Part shown: positions 36,901 to 48,034 of the stretch, one piece after another
Layout of the letters: each line of letters opens with the position of its first letter
Numbering within the stretch: the first letter of the stretch is position 1
Assembly: GCA_051294375.1 (NCBI GenBank)
Contig: CM119271.1
Span: 10,469,427 to 10,533,426, forward strand
DNA from: Paraspadella gotoi
Taxonomy: Eukaryota > Animalia > Chaetognatha
Direction: 5' to 3'
DNA length: 64,000 nucleotides
Notes under the pieces: generated by a model
The model's database searches: none
What the model was told of the DNA's origin: nothing
What the model saw: only the letters and a program-made list of their open reading frames with translations
Made by a program: the position numbers and the translations under genes

Positions 36901-39579
36901 GGTGTGAATATACAGCCACAATGCTTAATTAAATTCCCGTTCCGCTCCCCTTTTCAGATCCCACGATCCCAACGCGGGTCAAATCCCCGGCGGACCCGCC
37001 CCCACCTCCGCTTCTACCTTCGCTCGATCCAAGTCTCGCATGACGGTCCACTCCACCGACGCCGGAAGCTCCTGCGTCGATTCGGGCGTCTCCGGCGTCT
37101 ACGTGGGCGGTGCGTCGGCGACGTCCGCGTCCGAGGGTCAAGCGAAGCCGCTGCCCTTTAGCGAGAAGGTCATCGCCTGGATGCAGGACAACGAAAACTT
37201 TTCCGACTTAAAGAAGAGCGGGAGTTCGTACGAGGCGAGTTGTTTTGTTATGAACGTTGTTTTGTTGTGAGTTTTATTTTTACTGTGATTGTTGTTTTTG
37301 TTTCTAAACTTCTCGAATTCTATTAAGTTTAATTGCTCGCGACATATGGCAATATCCAAAATATACGTAGATAATTAATAACTCTTACTTAAACCTAATC
37401 TTTCAGGCCTCGGAAGGTCGCTCGTCCTCGGCGCGGAATCGGAGCGACCGCGGCAATGGGGACCGCGCCTCCGTCTCGCACAAATCCATGTCAGGAGGTC
37501 AGGGATCGCAGAGTCCCGCGCTCCACCGAACAGACAGGTGAGATCTCTCGAAGAGAGAAAAAGAATATATTCCTTTAAAAAAAAAAATTTGGTCTTGGCT
37601 TGCCATAAAAATGGATTTAAAAAATTTTAATTTGAATTTGTATTAAATCTTAAATTTTTTCTTCAATTTTTACGGCAAACCAAGACCAAAAAACTAATGA
37701 TTTTTTAAACTACAATCCTTGCCAAAATGATCAATCTGAAAAAGTACAGAACATAAGCCTCTTGTCGTTTGTTTGTTTTAACTTTTCTCTCTTTTTTCTT
37801 TAAATCTTTTCTTTTTAACGCAAAGCTGGAACGGATGGTCCGTCGGGATGATGGGTGGATGGTAGGCATTTCTTATTCTTTCCGGTTCTGTTTTCCGTTG
37901 CTAAGTTTTCGTCCTTAAAAAAAAATAATCAATCGTATTAGCTATGGAAAAAAAAAGAAGAAATTTTCAGATCATGCTTGGCAAATTCGTTGGGCTTTTT
38001 TTTTTTTGTCTATTTTCCGTAATTCTGTAAATTGATCGACAGCGAATGAATCCAGCGCGTTTGGTGCATCCCGATTCGTCTTCCTACGGAATTAGTAATC
38101 GTATCGTTTTTCGCTCACCATCGTTTTCTCTTCTTTTTTTTCCTAAGGCCGAACAAGCGCGCCGTGGCGGCCGTGGCGCCGACGATGCCGGCCGTCGGCG
38201 TCGGGTCCGGAGCCAATCACCCGACGTCTTATCATCACTTCGGTCCGCCGGGAACGCCGCTCGCCTCCAACTCTGTCTGGCCAGTCATTCCCAACGCTGC
38301 CGAAATGCACAGGTTGGTGGAGAGAGAGATAGAGAGACAGACACTCACGTACACACACTCACACAGACACTTAGACAGAGAGACATTTGCATCTCTTCCA
38401 TTCTCTTCACAGATCTGGCAGCGGCGTCGGAACTCGTCAAGGTTCGGGCGCGGCGTCGCTCATCAGCGAAAAGCCCTCCAAAAAATCTCCCTCTTCCGCC
38501 GGCGCCTCTTTGCCAATGAGCGCGGGCGCGCATCACGGCGTTCATCCCGGCGTCGCGCAACATCTCGGCGTTCATCCAGGGTCCAACAATCCTTCGTTGA
38601 CGAATTCTCTTTCCGGTAGGCCAGGAAGTGATTGAGATAATAAGTCTAATATCCCTTGTTAATAATAAGAAATGAGAAACTGAGGAAGTGATTGAGATAA
38701 TAAGTCTAATATCCCTTGTTAATAATAAGAAATGAGAAACTCTCGTGGATTTATCAAAGACTGAATTCAATTAACTTATTATTATTAAAAATTATTCGTG
38801 AATTTCATTCGAGCTTTCGTTTTATACCTGTCGAACATTGATGGTCTTAATATAAGGCGTAATTATGTAATAGTCATTTCCTTTTACATATTTTAACCAT
38901 TGTCGCTTTTCATCTCCCTCTTTTCAGGTCCCGGAGCTTTCACGGGCAGTTCGACCTCTTCGGACGTCGGCGGCTCCCAGTCTTCCTCTACGATCTGCGG
39001 CTACTACTTTTGCGGCGAACCCATTCCATACAGAGTCTCCATCCCCAGCAAAAACCCTACCCTCGCCCAGTTCAAAGCTTTGCTCACCAAGAGAGGCAAC
39101 TTCAGGTGAGTTCGATAATTTTTACTTTTTTTTTCTCATCTCATTTTTTACCCGTTATCTGCCATTTTGTTTTTTCGATCTTACCACAGATAATTTGCTT
39201 TTTGAGACCATGATCCATGACCAAAATACTAGACAGAACTGAATGAATTTTTATATTCAACCGCTGAGCCGAGATATAGCACCCTCGGGGGATTATAACT
39301 GTTAACTGGTACAAAATTGTATCGAATTTGGAGCAATTTGATCGTAACCGATTCTGGTCACAAAAAAGCGCGACATCTTTTTTCAAATAAGAAGCCTTTT
39401 GTATTCCGAATCTTTAATCCCCGATTTCCTCCAAACCCTTTTTTTCCCCCAGATTCTTCTTCAAGAAGTCTTCGGACGAGTTCGACAGCGGCGTCGTCTT
39501 CACCGAAGTCTCCGACGATTCCTCGCCTCTTCCCTTTTGGGAAGGGAAGATCGTCGGAAAGGTGGAGCGTCTCGACTGA
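28330..39579 (+). CDS. AXIN: Axin (Wnt destruction-complex scaffold), about 18 exons; start codon uncertain
   Basis: Tankyrase motifs PRPPVPGEE and GFEPEGSAS; RGS domain ([15 protein letters not shown]...[10 protein letters not shown]); [12 protein letters not shown]; [14 protein letters not shown]...SLTDSSVD; GSK3 helix [13 protein letters not shown]; beta-catenin motif [12 protein letters not shown]; DIX domain [12 protein letters not shown]...[16 protein letters not shown]. Confidence 0.95.
28869..29529. mobile_element. Tc1/mariner-like MITE in Axin intron 1
   Basis: About 49-bp near-perfect TIRs CAGAAGGCTTCATATTATAAAATGAGGTACCCCTTTTTTGTGACCAGAA, with the reverse complement at 29481-29529; TA on both sides; CAG...CTG termini; no ORF. 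Confidence 0.85.
33061..33116. repeat. Fragment of a dispersed repeat shared with 54134-54230
   Basis: CGAGGTGGACCGATATAGAATTAATATTCCATAAAG occurs at both sites; CATTTCGTGGCGAGGTGGACCG is the reverse complement of 54134-54155. Confidence 0.8.
33899..33951. repeat. (CT)n microsatellite
   Basis: Directly visible. Confidence 0.95.
36567..36915 (-). mobile_element. GC-rich, highly structured intronic insert carrying a ribozyme (retrozyme-like or non-LTR retroelement fragment); contains an assembly gap
   Basis: Several consecutive hairpins; composition unlike the flanking AT-rich introns; first 50 nt duplicated on either side of the N run at 36617-36626. Confidence 0.55.
36718..36798 (-). ncRNA. 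Twister self-cleaving ribozyme, P5-type circular permutation
   Basis: Minus-strand RNA reads GUUGGC AAA GCGA GA CCG UCCUAGGG UAA CCGC GC CAGUGAC-CGGAGGC-GUCACUG AGG GUCGGAAGCC CCC AAA GCCAAC. Assignments: P5 GUUGGC/GCCAAC; catalytic GA; T1 CGG/CCG; U^AA cleavage site; T2 GC/GC; 7-bp P3; L4 GUNNNAAGCC. One mismatch each in P2 and P4; P1 very short. Confidence 0.8.
37588..37690. repeat. Small inverted-repeat element (MITE-like) in an Axin intron
   Basis: TTTGGTCTTGGCTTGCCATAAAAA ... TTTTTACGGCAAACCAAGACCAAA, 24-bp arms with 2 mismatches. Confidence 0.75.
38623..38741. repeat. Tandem duplication with a 60-bp period in an Axin intron
   Basis: AGGAAGTGATTGAGATAATAAGTCTAATATCCCTTGTTAATAATAAGAAATGAGAAACT occurs twice, identically. 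Confidence 0.95.
39352..39401. mobile_element. Diverged right TIR of the same MITE family as 28869-29529
   Basis: TTCTGGTCACAAAAAAG...AATAAGAAGCCTTTTG|TA aligns to TTCTGATCACAAAAAAAG...AATATGAAGCCTTCTG|TA. Confidence 0.6.
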
Positions 39580-42500
39580 AGAGAAGATTGAGGAAGCCGC
39601 GGCGGCGTCAGCGAGGAAGTCGGAGGAAGAGGAAGGGGTGGGAAGTTCCTCGCCGCGGATGGAGACTGCGAAGAGAGTCTTCGAAGTCGGAGAGAATTTA
39701 TTCCCTCCCCCCTTCACTTTCGGCCCCACTTTCTTTGTAATAACATGTCGGTCACTCGCGATTAAGAGCTTATCCTTTTCTTTTACCCCTCCCCTCCTAA
39801 GTTTTTAGCTAAATGTTTAATTTTAGGAATGTTATTTATATTTAGTATGCCTCCTATTAGATCAGCGATGGCGGAGATTTCGTTCGTTTAATTCATTCCA
39901 GGGTTAGAAGATTATTATGGCCACGAAAACAATGAGGGGCGTATTTTATTTCTTGTCAAGGTCTTGAGGGGGGGCGGGTATTTTTCCGGAATTATCTTAT
40001 TTTTGGTTAAAATTTTTTGAACAATTTTTTTAAACATTTCTCGTTAAACAAGCAATTTCTCTGTTAAAGGTTTAAAAAAAAATTGTTTTCGGTTAAGCCC
40101 CTGAAATGCGTTTTTGAAAAAGTCAGTTTCTAGTTTTCGATCCATACATACTGAATAGGGCAGTATAAGACTTAAAATTAGTTATGTCGAGCTTTGTTCT
40201 CGTGGAGTCGGACCTCACGACGCTCTTCTGTTTTTAGCGAATAAATAGCATACGAGTTGCATTCGAGTTTCCTTTTATGATTCGCCTCATTTTCAGCTCG
40301 ATTAATAGTTTTCGAAAACGTTTATTGTGCCATTCGAAAAAAAAAGGTCGTTTCATCATGTTCATTTAGATCCGTATAATCATAGCTCCGTCACTCAAGC
40401 AAAAAAAAAATGAAAACAAAGAATATCTGCAACCTCTGTTGTTTAGTTAATTTCAACTAATTCGCTTTATTTATCCTGAAACTCTGGGATTTTTTTTTTC
40501 ATTTTTTATCAATCTCACCCGATAACTTCCGATGGCAAAAAGGTTTTTTTTTGTTTTTTTTTTTTTACAAATTTCTCAATATTACTGCAATGCGAATTTT
40601 GAAGAAAAAAAAACCGCATTGAAGAAGTTGCCAGTTTCATTGTTGCCTCGTTAACAATCGCCTTTCACACCGTTCACCATTTCATACATTTTTTTTTATC
40701 AGTGAGAATTCATTTTTTTTTTTCGATTTGAATAACGCCAACGTCTCTTCAATTGTTTTAGGGTCTGCGAGGGCTTTTTATCGTTCCATCGCGCGTTCGT
40801 GAAGGAAGTCTTAAAATGATTCGCGTTGCAGTTTAAAATTAAGATCTTAACTTTTCCCATCGCTTCCTTCTCGACCCCGCCCACGGAAAGACCCCTTTTT
40901 TGCCCCTTGACAACCGGAAGAGATTAAACTACCTTACCAAAGGGTCAGGTACAAGACGAATGCAATCATGTAAATATCGTTACATTCTTTTTTATAAAGT
41001 CTCTTTTTTTTCTCTATTCGAGTTCCCACGCTCGGTCCCGTTTTTTTTTAGGCGGAATTACGATTAGTCTTCTGTTTCCGCATTGTGTTTTTTTTGTATA
41101 ATGTCTTTTGTTTTTTATAAAGTGGCCTTTTGTTTCTTACTCTCTTTAGTCTTTATATCCAGAGATTCTTTTTCGTGTTTTGTCAGAAAGTAAATTCGAT
41201 CGTTTGTTGTAATGTAAGTTGGAGTCTAGACTCTAGATATATTATCCCTCGTATTTAATCTTTGACTTTAGGATGATTTTCTGACACAATCTTTGCCGCT
41301 TCTTCCATGTGGGAATAAAATATTTTTTTTTATTATTATTACTGTCTTTGATACGATAATTTTTTATTGTTTGCATTGTTTAATCATTGCAATTAAAAAC
41401 TATTTACAGTTTTTTGTTTCGTTTTTCTTTTTTTTTTTTTCGTCGAGGCTGGAAAGTTTACTTAGTTTAAAGTTAGTTAGTTAGTTTACTTAGTTACTTA
41501 CGGAAGATTGACTTACGCCAGAAGATATAAACCTAGAAAAGAAATTAATTTGCGAAACTCAAAGCTATTGGCGGTCAAACGCGATGGTATTGCCTCATCA
41601 TTGTGAGAATATCATTTTGTCTATGTCCGCCTTATAGGACCAGGAAAAACCTAAATAGGATACGATCTTTAAGGAGGAAAAATTAACAAGGGAAGAAACT
41701 TGGGACTGAATTAACTCGACTATGACGAGAGTGTGTCTTCATTGAAATCATGCCAGTTAGAGGGATGGATGCCTTCACCATTCTTAGCCTGTCCAATGGC
41801 CAGTGTCCAATTGTCCAAAGACTGGGAGCATATTAGCTTTTTTATTGAATAAATAACGAATTTTTATCTACGTTGCCAACGAAGGCCAAAGCGATTAATG
41901 CAATATTAATTACACTTTATAAAAAAGTGTTTTGTCGACGTGCCTTAGTCGGTAATATCGATAGTTAATTAGTTATGGTTCCGCGTAACAAACGTTGCAT
42001 TTAGGAAAAAAACGACTCTTTCCACTATTGTTCAGTTGTTACTTACAATGTTGATTACTTTGTACCACACACAAATTAGGCCGAACGAAGGATTGGTTAA
42101 AAACATCTCCACCATTTCTAATGATAAATAGTACCATTTTGGCAATTTTTAGCCAAAAAAATTATGTCCATTTTTGTCCATTTTTACTTACGACTTCTGA
42201 TTTGAATGCCAAGGAAAGTTGAGAAAAATTTTTTACTTTGGAAATCCGTTCTTTCTTATCTTCTTTACCTCTGGGTAAATTTATTAGCTTAAATCATTTA
42301 TAGTTTGCCTATAAATTAATTTTAAAGTTAACAAGTCAAAAAGTTGGAGTTTCAGTCTTTATCATAATTTGTTAAACAAAAATAAATCAAATTGGTTGAA
42401 ATTAACAGAAAATGTAGCCTATTGAATAAGCTTTTAACACCTATAAAATTATCAAAAAACTTTTCTGGTTTAGCCACAAATAATTTTTAAAGACGTCTTT

Positions 42501-42660
42501 TAATTTGTGACTTTTTGTGACTTGCATTTATTTTTGATAAAGAGAATATTTTCAACTCATTTATTAGTTTTAAAAGATGAGGTACATACTGACCTTGATT
42601 AATCAAAAAAAACCGCATCCTTTTAATCCACTGGAAAGCATCAGGACTTGTTTTTTCTCA

Positions 42661-42707
42661 AAATCGACAGATTTTGCGGAAAAATTTTCCGCAAAATCTG
42701 TCGATTT
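42661..42707. repeat. Perfect palindrome, 23-bp arms with a 1-nt spacer
   Basis: AAATCGACAGATTTTGCGGAAAA A TTTTCCGCAAAATCTGTCGATTT. Confidence 0.95.
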
Positions 42708-44382
42708 ACTAAATTTGCTAGGCAACCAAAATTGAAAGAAAAATCATGCGCTACCATTCATTTTCTTTCTTATAATGCTTATTAAAGAATTTCTTGATTT
42801 GGCTCAATGTAAATGTAGTGACAGTGAAGACGAAAGGGAAAACTATAAAAGAGAAGGGGAGAGAATGAAAGAGAGGGTGAGAGGCAAAAAACGAAGGCAA
42901 ATGGGGAAAAAATAGTGAAACAATTGTAAGGTAAGAAAGGAGGGGAAAATTGAAAGAAAAAAGAGGGGAAAAAAGGGAAAGAATGAAAATGAGAAAAAAG
43001 GTGAGGAAAGTGCATGAGTGACCGAAAAAGGTAGGGGCCAAAAAAATGGTAAGTGACAGCGTGAGAAGTAAGGGAGGAAAGAGGAAGAGGAAAATATAAA
43101 GTAAGAGAAGAAAAGAGGTGAAGAAAAATTATCAGGAAAAGCGTATGAAAGAAAAAAAATTGTATCAGATAATGTGGCGTCTTACCTAAAATCTTTTGTG
43201 TAAGTAAAAGACATGAGGATTCTTATAAGGAATTCGATCTTTAAAAATCATCTGTACCATAAAAATTCAAGCATACTTTTTTCTAAAATTAAGGGGACCC
43301 AGTGATAAAAATGATATCATAAGCTTAAGGGTCTATCATTAAAGGAATTCGAATGGTAATAGTCATTAATTTTTCTTTCGCGCGGGAAAGTGGAGAAAAA
43401 ATTGCCATCTCTTGTTGCAATTCGAACAAGGACGAGATAATTATTGGGAAAATTTTTCATTGATCTCCCTAAATACTGATACCCTCCATTCTCTTACTTT
43501 CACTTGGGAAGTCATTTTTCCATAATTTTCGATTTTTATTTTTTAAATGCAGAAAGCTGAAATCTTGCGTCTGGGCCTCCTTTAATAAAGGAATTTTAAT
43601 GGTGGTATTACATTTTTCATATGTGCACAGGAAAATACAGAAAAAAAAACCAAATCCTTCTTAAAATTCGAACAAGGATATCATTTCATTTGGTCAACAT
43701 TTGTCATGACCCCTGTAATACCTTTCCGGTTTCTTTGACTCTTGTTCATAACAGATTAAATGTTAGGAGAGATAAAGAGCGCATCCCTTCTTCTCATACT
43801 TGTACTAATGTTAGAGGTTATATTTTGATCAAATTAATGATTTGACTTAAAAAGAAACCTGAATTAAAATTTTACCATACCATAATTTTTTAACAATTCC
43901 CGATTTTTTTAAATTTTTTTATTTTTTGAGGAAAAAATAATAATCAGCGTACGAGGTGGCCGAGACGGAAAGTGATGAACTCAACATCGTACGGAAAAGA
44001 CTGGACTAATTCCAACAATAAATATGGCTATTTTGACCCTGAAATCCTATTATAAAGTTAGTAAACAATGAATGAATAACATTTAATTCTTATCCAATTT
44101 TTTAAATAGAAAAACCACTACGGTACTACGGTACTTTGACGTCTTCGTCGATGTATTCGTCGTTGTATTCATCATCGTCGTGGTCTTTGTTCGAATCATT
44201 TGAGCTCCCAAAAGCTAACCAGCAAGATACGTTTGCAAGGCTGTTGAATTTGAAAATTGAATTGATAATAAAATTGAAATGGCATATTAATTTTATCATA
44301 ATTTTATCTTTTCTTTCTCTCTCATCTCTATCTCACTCGTTTTAAACGTGTTCGTCTCCGCCATCTTTTTCGTCGTCGTCTT

Positions 44383-44745
44383 CGCCGTCGCTTTCCTCTT
44401 TGTCGTTTTCGTCTTCTTTGTCTTTTCGTCATCGTTTTTGTCTTCCTCTTCGCCGACGCTTTCCTCTTTGTCGTTTTCGTCTTCTTTGTCTTTTCGTCAT
44501 CGTTTTTGTCTTCCTCTTCGCCGTCGCTTTCCTCTTTGTCGTTTTCGTCTTCTTTGTCTTTTCGTCATCGTTTTTGTCTTCCTCTTCGCCGTCGTTTTCC
44601 TCTTTGTCGTTGTTTTTGTCTTCTTTGTCTTTTCGTCGTCATTTTTGTCTTCCTCTTCGCCGTCGTTTTCCTCTTTGTCGTTGTTTTCGTCTTCTTTGTC
44701 TTTTCGTCGTCGTTTTTGTCTTCCTCTTCGCCGTCGTTTTCGTCG
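44383..44745. repeat. Minisatellite, 68-71-bp unit, about 5 copies
   Basis: TGTCGTT recurs at 44401, 44469, 44537, 44605 and 44676; the unit length is not a multiple of 3. Confidence 0.9.
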
Positions 44746-45161
44746 TCAAATCATTTCGAGAAATTTCGATAGTGAGAAAGAAGAGAATCCTCCTCTCCGT
44801 CGGCGAGGTAAGTTCGCGGCTAAGTCGCGGATGGACCAATCTAGATATGTCGCTCCGCGCTTAGAAAAAATCCGAAGGAACGAAGCGGTTTCAGATAATT
44901 TTGGTTCCTAGGAATTTTTTTACCAGTAGCGCCGTAAATATTACAAAAACCATGGATGATTTCTGAAAACTGCAGTGTTTGGGCTATCTAACGCACCCGG
45001 AACAAAGAAAATCCATAAAGGTTTTTGACTAAAAAATACTGAAAATAAACACGGCGTATAGTCTGATCTTTTTAATTTTTTTTTATTTTGCGGTATTTAC
45101 TGTATAAGCCAAATAAATATACAGCGTCATGCACTGATTCCGATTCTGTTGGGTTAAGCCT

Positions 45162-45163
<2 letters not shown>

Positions 45164-45218
<55 letters not shown>
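45164..45218. repeat. (CT)n microsatellite
   Basis: Directly visible. Confidence 0.95.
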
Positions 45219-45228
<10 letters not shown>

Positions 45229-45233
<5 letters not shown>

Positions 45234-45874
45234 AGCCGGATCTGCTTATCAGCAGATTCCGGCTCTATAATTCACTTGGTAGGTCTGTCGGTCGCCACCC
45301 ATTATCTTGTCGGTAAGTCACTTATATCATCTTAGAACATCGAATTATAGAAAATTAATTCCAAAAAAATGATGTATGTCCGTCCCTCCGTCTGTCCGTC
45401 CGTCCCCCCTTAGCTTTGAATGCCAATTACTCATGTGTGTATGGGGCGATTGACTGGAAATTTTGTGTGTGTGTAAAGAAGTGTGTGATTAAGCAGGAAT
45501 TAAAGTTTCGATGAAATCGTCCTCGTGGAAGTGAGTTTAATAAATCAATCAATTAATTAATCAATTAATCAATTAATTAATCAATTAACTTATTAATCTA
45601 TCAATTGATTTATCAATCAATAAAAAATGATTAAATAATATTCTAATTAAATAATTAATCAATCATTCAATTAATCATCGTGATGTATTGTCGTCGTCGT
45701 CATCATCGTCGTCGTTGCTTTTGTCGTGCTCAGTGATCTGACGAACAGAAGTAAAAACAATTAAATAAATAATTATTAATTAATTAATTAATGTGTAATT
45801 AAATAATCTTTAAACTAATTAATTACCGCTAATAATCGTAGGCAGATACGCCGTATTGTTTGCTCAAACTTGTT
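45229..45874 (+). mobile_element. Helentron-associated non-autonomous element (HINE/DINE-1-like), copy 1
   Basis: T-rich 5' end; subterminal repeat plus partial IR GGATCTGC-TTATCA-GCAGATTCC; (GTCY)n microsatellite; 3' subterminal repeat GCAGATACG; small hairpin GTTTG-CT-CAAAC; TTGTT end in a T-rich site. Confidence 0.7.
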
Positions 45875-46069
45875 TCTTTCTTTTTTGCTTTATTCTTCAT
45901 ATCTTTGTTTCTTTCTTTCTTTCTTTCCTTCTTTCTTTCTTTCTTTCTTTGGTTCGTTTTTTTTTCTTTTTTCTTTCTTTCTTTTTTTTTCCTTTTTTTC
46001 TTTCTTTTTTTTCTTCTATCTTTCTTTTTTTTTTTCTTTGGATTGCTGAACTGTTCGTTTCAGTTCATG

Positions 46070-46470
46070 ATCTTCGCCTTCGTTTTCGTCTTTGTTTTCG
46101 CCTTCGCTTTTATCGTCTTCTTCGTCGGTGTCGTCGTTCGTCTTTGTTGTCGTTTTCGTCGTTGTTGTTGTCGTTTTCGTCGTCTTTTTCGTCGTTGTTG
46201 TTGTCGTCTTCTTCAATGTCGTTTTTGTCGTTTTCATTTTTGTCGTCGTCTTTGTTGTCGTCTTCATCATTGATGTTGTCGTCGTCTTTGTTGTCGTTTT
46301 TGTTGTCGTCTTCGTCGTTGTTGTCGTCATTGTTGTTATCGTTTTCGTTGTCATCTTTGTCGTTGTCGTCGTCTTCATCGTCTGTTTTTGCTTTCATCAT
46401 CGTTTTTGTTTTTGTTGTTGTTGTTATCGTCTTTGTTATCATTTTCGTCGACGTCTTCGTCGTTGTGGTC
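46070..46470. repeat. Compound (GTC/GTT/TTC)n low-complexity tract
   Basis: Degenerate trinucleotide repeats; the minus strand reads as D/N/E/K runs but changes frame. Confidence 0.8.
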
Positions 46471-47510
46471 TTTTCATTGTCAATTTTTCTATTGGTTTCG
46501 TTACCTCGATTGTCGGATTTCAAGAATTAATCTTTAGTGTAAGTTGGGAAACAAAAAAGAAATTTTATACCATCTTTACGTGAAAAAAAAAATCGAAACT
46601 TTGAAAAGAATTTTCCCCTTACCGAATTTTTAAACAAAAATCGGGGGAGCTTACAACATCGAAATTTTTTGACCACTTTCCCATTGGACTAGAGAAGAAA
46701 GAATTACATATTTGGAATCGGGAGTTGAAGGACCAAACGTTATGATATCAGCCTTTGACCCCCTCGATCACTGGGTTCCCTTAAGCAGTTAATGAGATTA
46801 GATTGACAAGCATTGAAGAAATCATGTCTTACCGTATTTTTAACTCATAGAAATTTACATGGGAAGTTCTAGTGATAAGAAGGAGATAACTTGAGACTAC
46901 CGTTTTTTTAAATGAAGAAAGCTTAGTACTAACCAATGAGATCAGAAATATGGTAATTATTGAAGTTCAGATTTCGTTGTCTAAAAGACACCGATTGTAT
47001 GCGAAACCTTATGCGATACTGCCGCTGTACGGGGTTGTAGATGATTGTCTTCCCATGTCAAACCTCTTAAATCAAATTTGCATATTGAATGTTCGAATTG
47101 AAAGCACGTGCGATACAGCTCTTGTTCAATCTTGACTCTTAACAAGTTATAACTTTGAGGATAATGCGCTGAGTCGGCTAACTTCTTTAACCCCCTCTAG
47201 CAGCTAGCGATTCACTGCTAAATAAGTCATGCTTATAAGCGTTTGGGTATAGATTTTTGGACAGTGTAACTCAAATTTGAAGGGTGGTCACGGATCAGTG
47301 GCGAATTCTTAGGTAAAAAGGTCATTACAAGTATTTTACTTCTGTCACGAATCAGCGAGAGGCTTTGGAAAAGGAGCAGTGGGTTGAAGAATGCTATCCG
47401 CAACATCTTTTACCCTCTCAAACAGACATGGAACGGGTCTTGGAAGCCGGCTTGAGAGTATTCTACGCCCCCAAGGCGGCTTACGGCCGTCATCACGCTT
47501 CGCGCAGGTT

Positions 47511-47584
47511 TGGTAGCGGGTTGGGATTGAACCCAGTACCTAGTGGACAAGAGCTGATGGCTTTACATAATGAGCCAGCGCGTC
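47511..47584 (-). mobile_element. tRNA-derived SINE head or tRNA pseudogene; body probably extends leftward toward about 47150
   Basis: Minus strand GACGCGC TGGCTCATTATGTAAAGC ... TGGGTTCAATCCCA ACCCGCTACCA shows an A-box-like motif, a B box and an intact T arm, but the acceptor and anticodon stems are unpaired. Confidence 0.65.
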
Positions 47585-48034
47585 ACAACTGACGATGTTA
47601 TGCTTATAGGCGGGGTGAACTTAGGCAATGCCCAATATCGTACATATTGGTGAACCCTAAAAAAAAAGAAAAAAGGTAGCATAGCAGTCTCACCAAAAGT
47701 GAAACCGGATCGGAGGATCGGGCAATCGCCGCCAGAATGGAATCGCCCAATGCTGAATGGCCGAGCTGGAACCGGAATCGACATTTTTATTCTGATATTT
47801 CACTCCCTTCTCCATTATAAAAATAAACTAATACAATTATTTTTACCTTCACGTTTACCTCATTTTTTGGGATCATCGCAACTCTTTTGTATCACTGCGC
47901 GGTTTTAATCTCCGACATCAATCCAATGCAATGCTGGGATCGAACCAAAACGTGACTTCCGCTAAAATATGGTTGGAAGCAAAAAATGTTGGACGTCGGA
48001 AGTTATCGGAATTTTTTTTTTCCGCGTTCCCTAT

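Larger units (their letters stand above)
43293..46780. mobile_element. About 3.5-kb Kolobok-like non-autonomous DNA transposon with nested repeats
   Basis: TTAA|GGGGACCCAGTGAT ... ATCACTGGGTTCCC|TTAA (14-bp TIR, 1 mismatch, TTAA TSD, RR...YY termini), plus subterminal inverted TGATATCATAA / TTATGATATCA. Confidence 0.65.

Noticed and set aside
36675-36915. SRP (7SL) RNA, suggested by GCCGGG..TGCCTGT, GGTTACCCTAGGA and TGTGAATA..GCCAC
   Set aside because: The highly conserved helix-8 motif is absent on that strand and the spacing is wrong; the minus-strand twister fit explains the central region better.
38623-38741. CRISPR-like array (also considered for 44383-44745)
   Set aside because: Direct tandem units with no unique spacers, in a eukaryotic context.
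44348-44911. Overlapping F/S/V/R-rich ORFs
   Set aside because: Produced by a stop-free 68-bp minisatellite whose unit is not a multiple of 3.
45856-46583. Asp/Asn-rich biomineralisation-type protein on the minus strand, or hydrophobic ORFs on plus
   Set aside because: Compound microsatellite with frame changes; no signal peptide or splice structure.
47511-47584. Functional tRNA gene
   Set aside because: Acceptor and anticodon stems do not pair; kept only as a SINE head or pseudogene.
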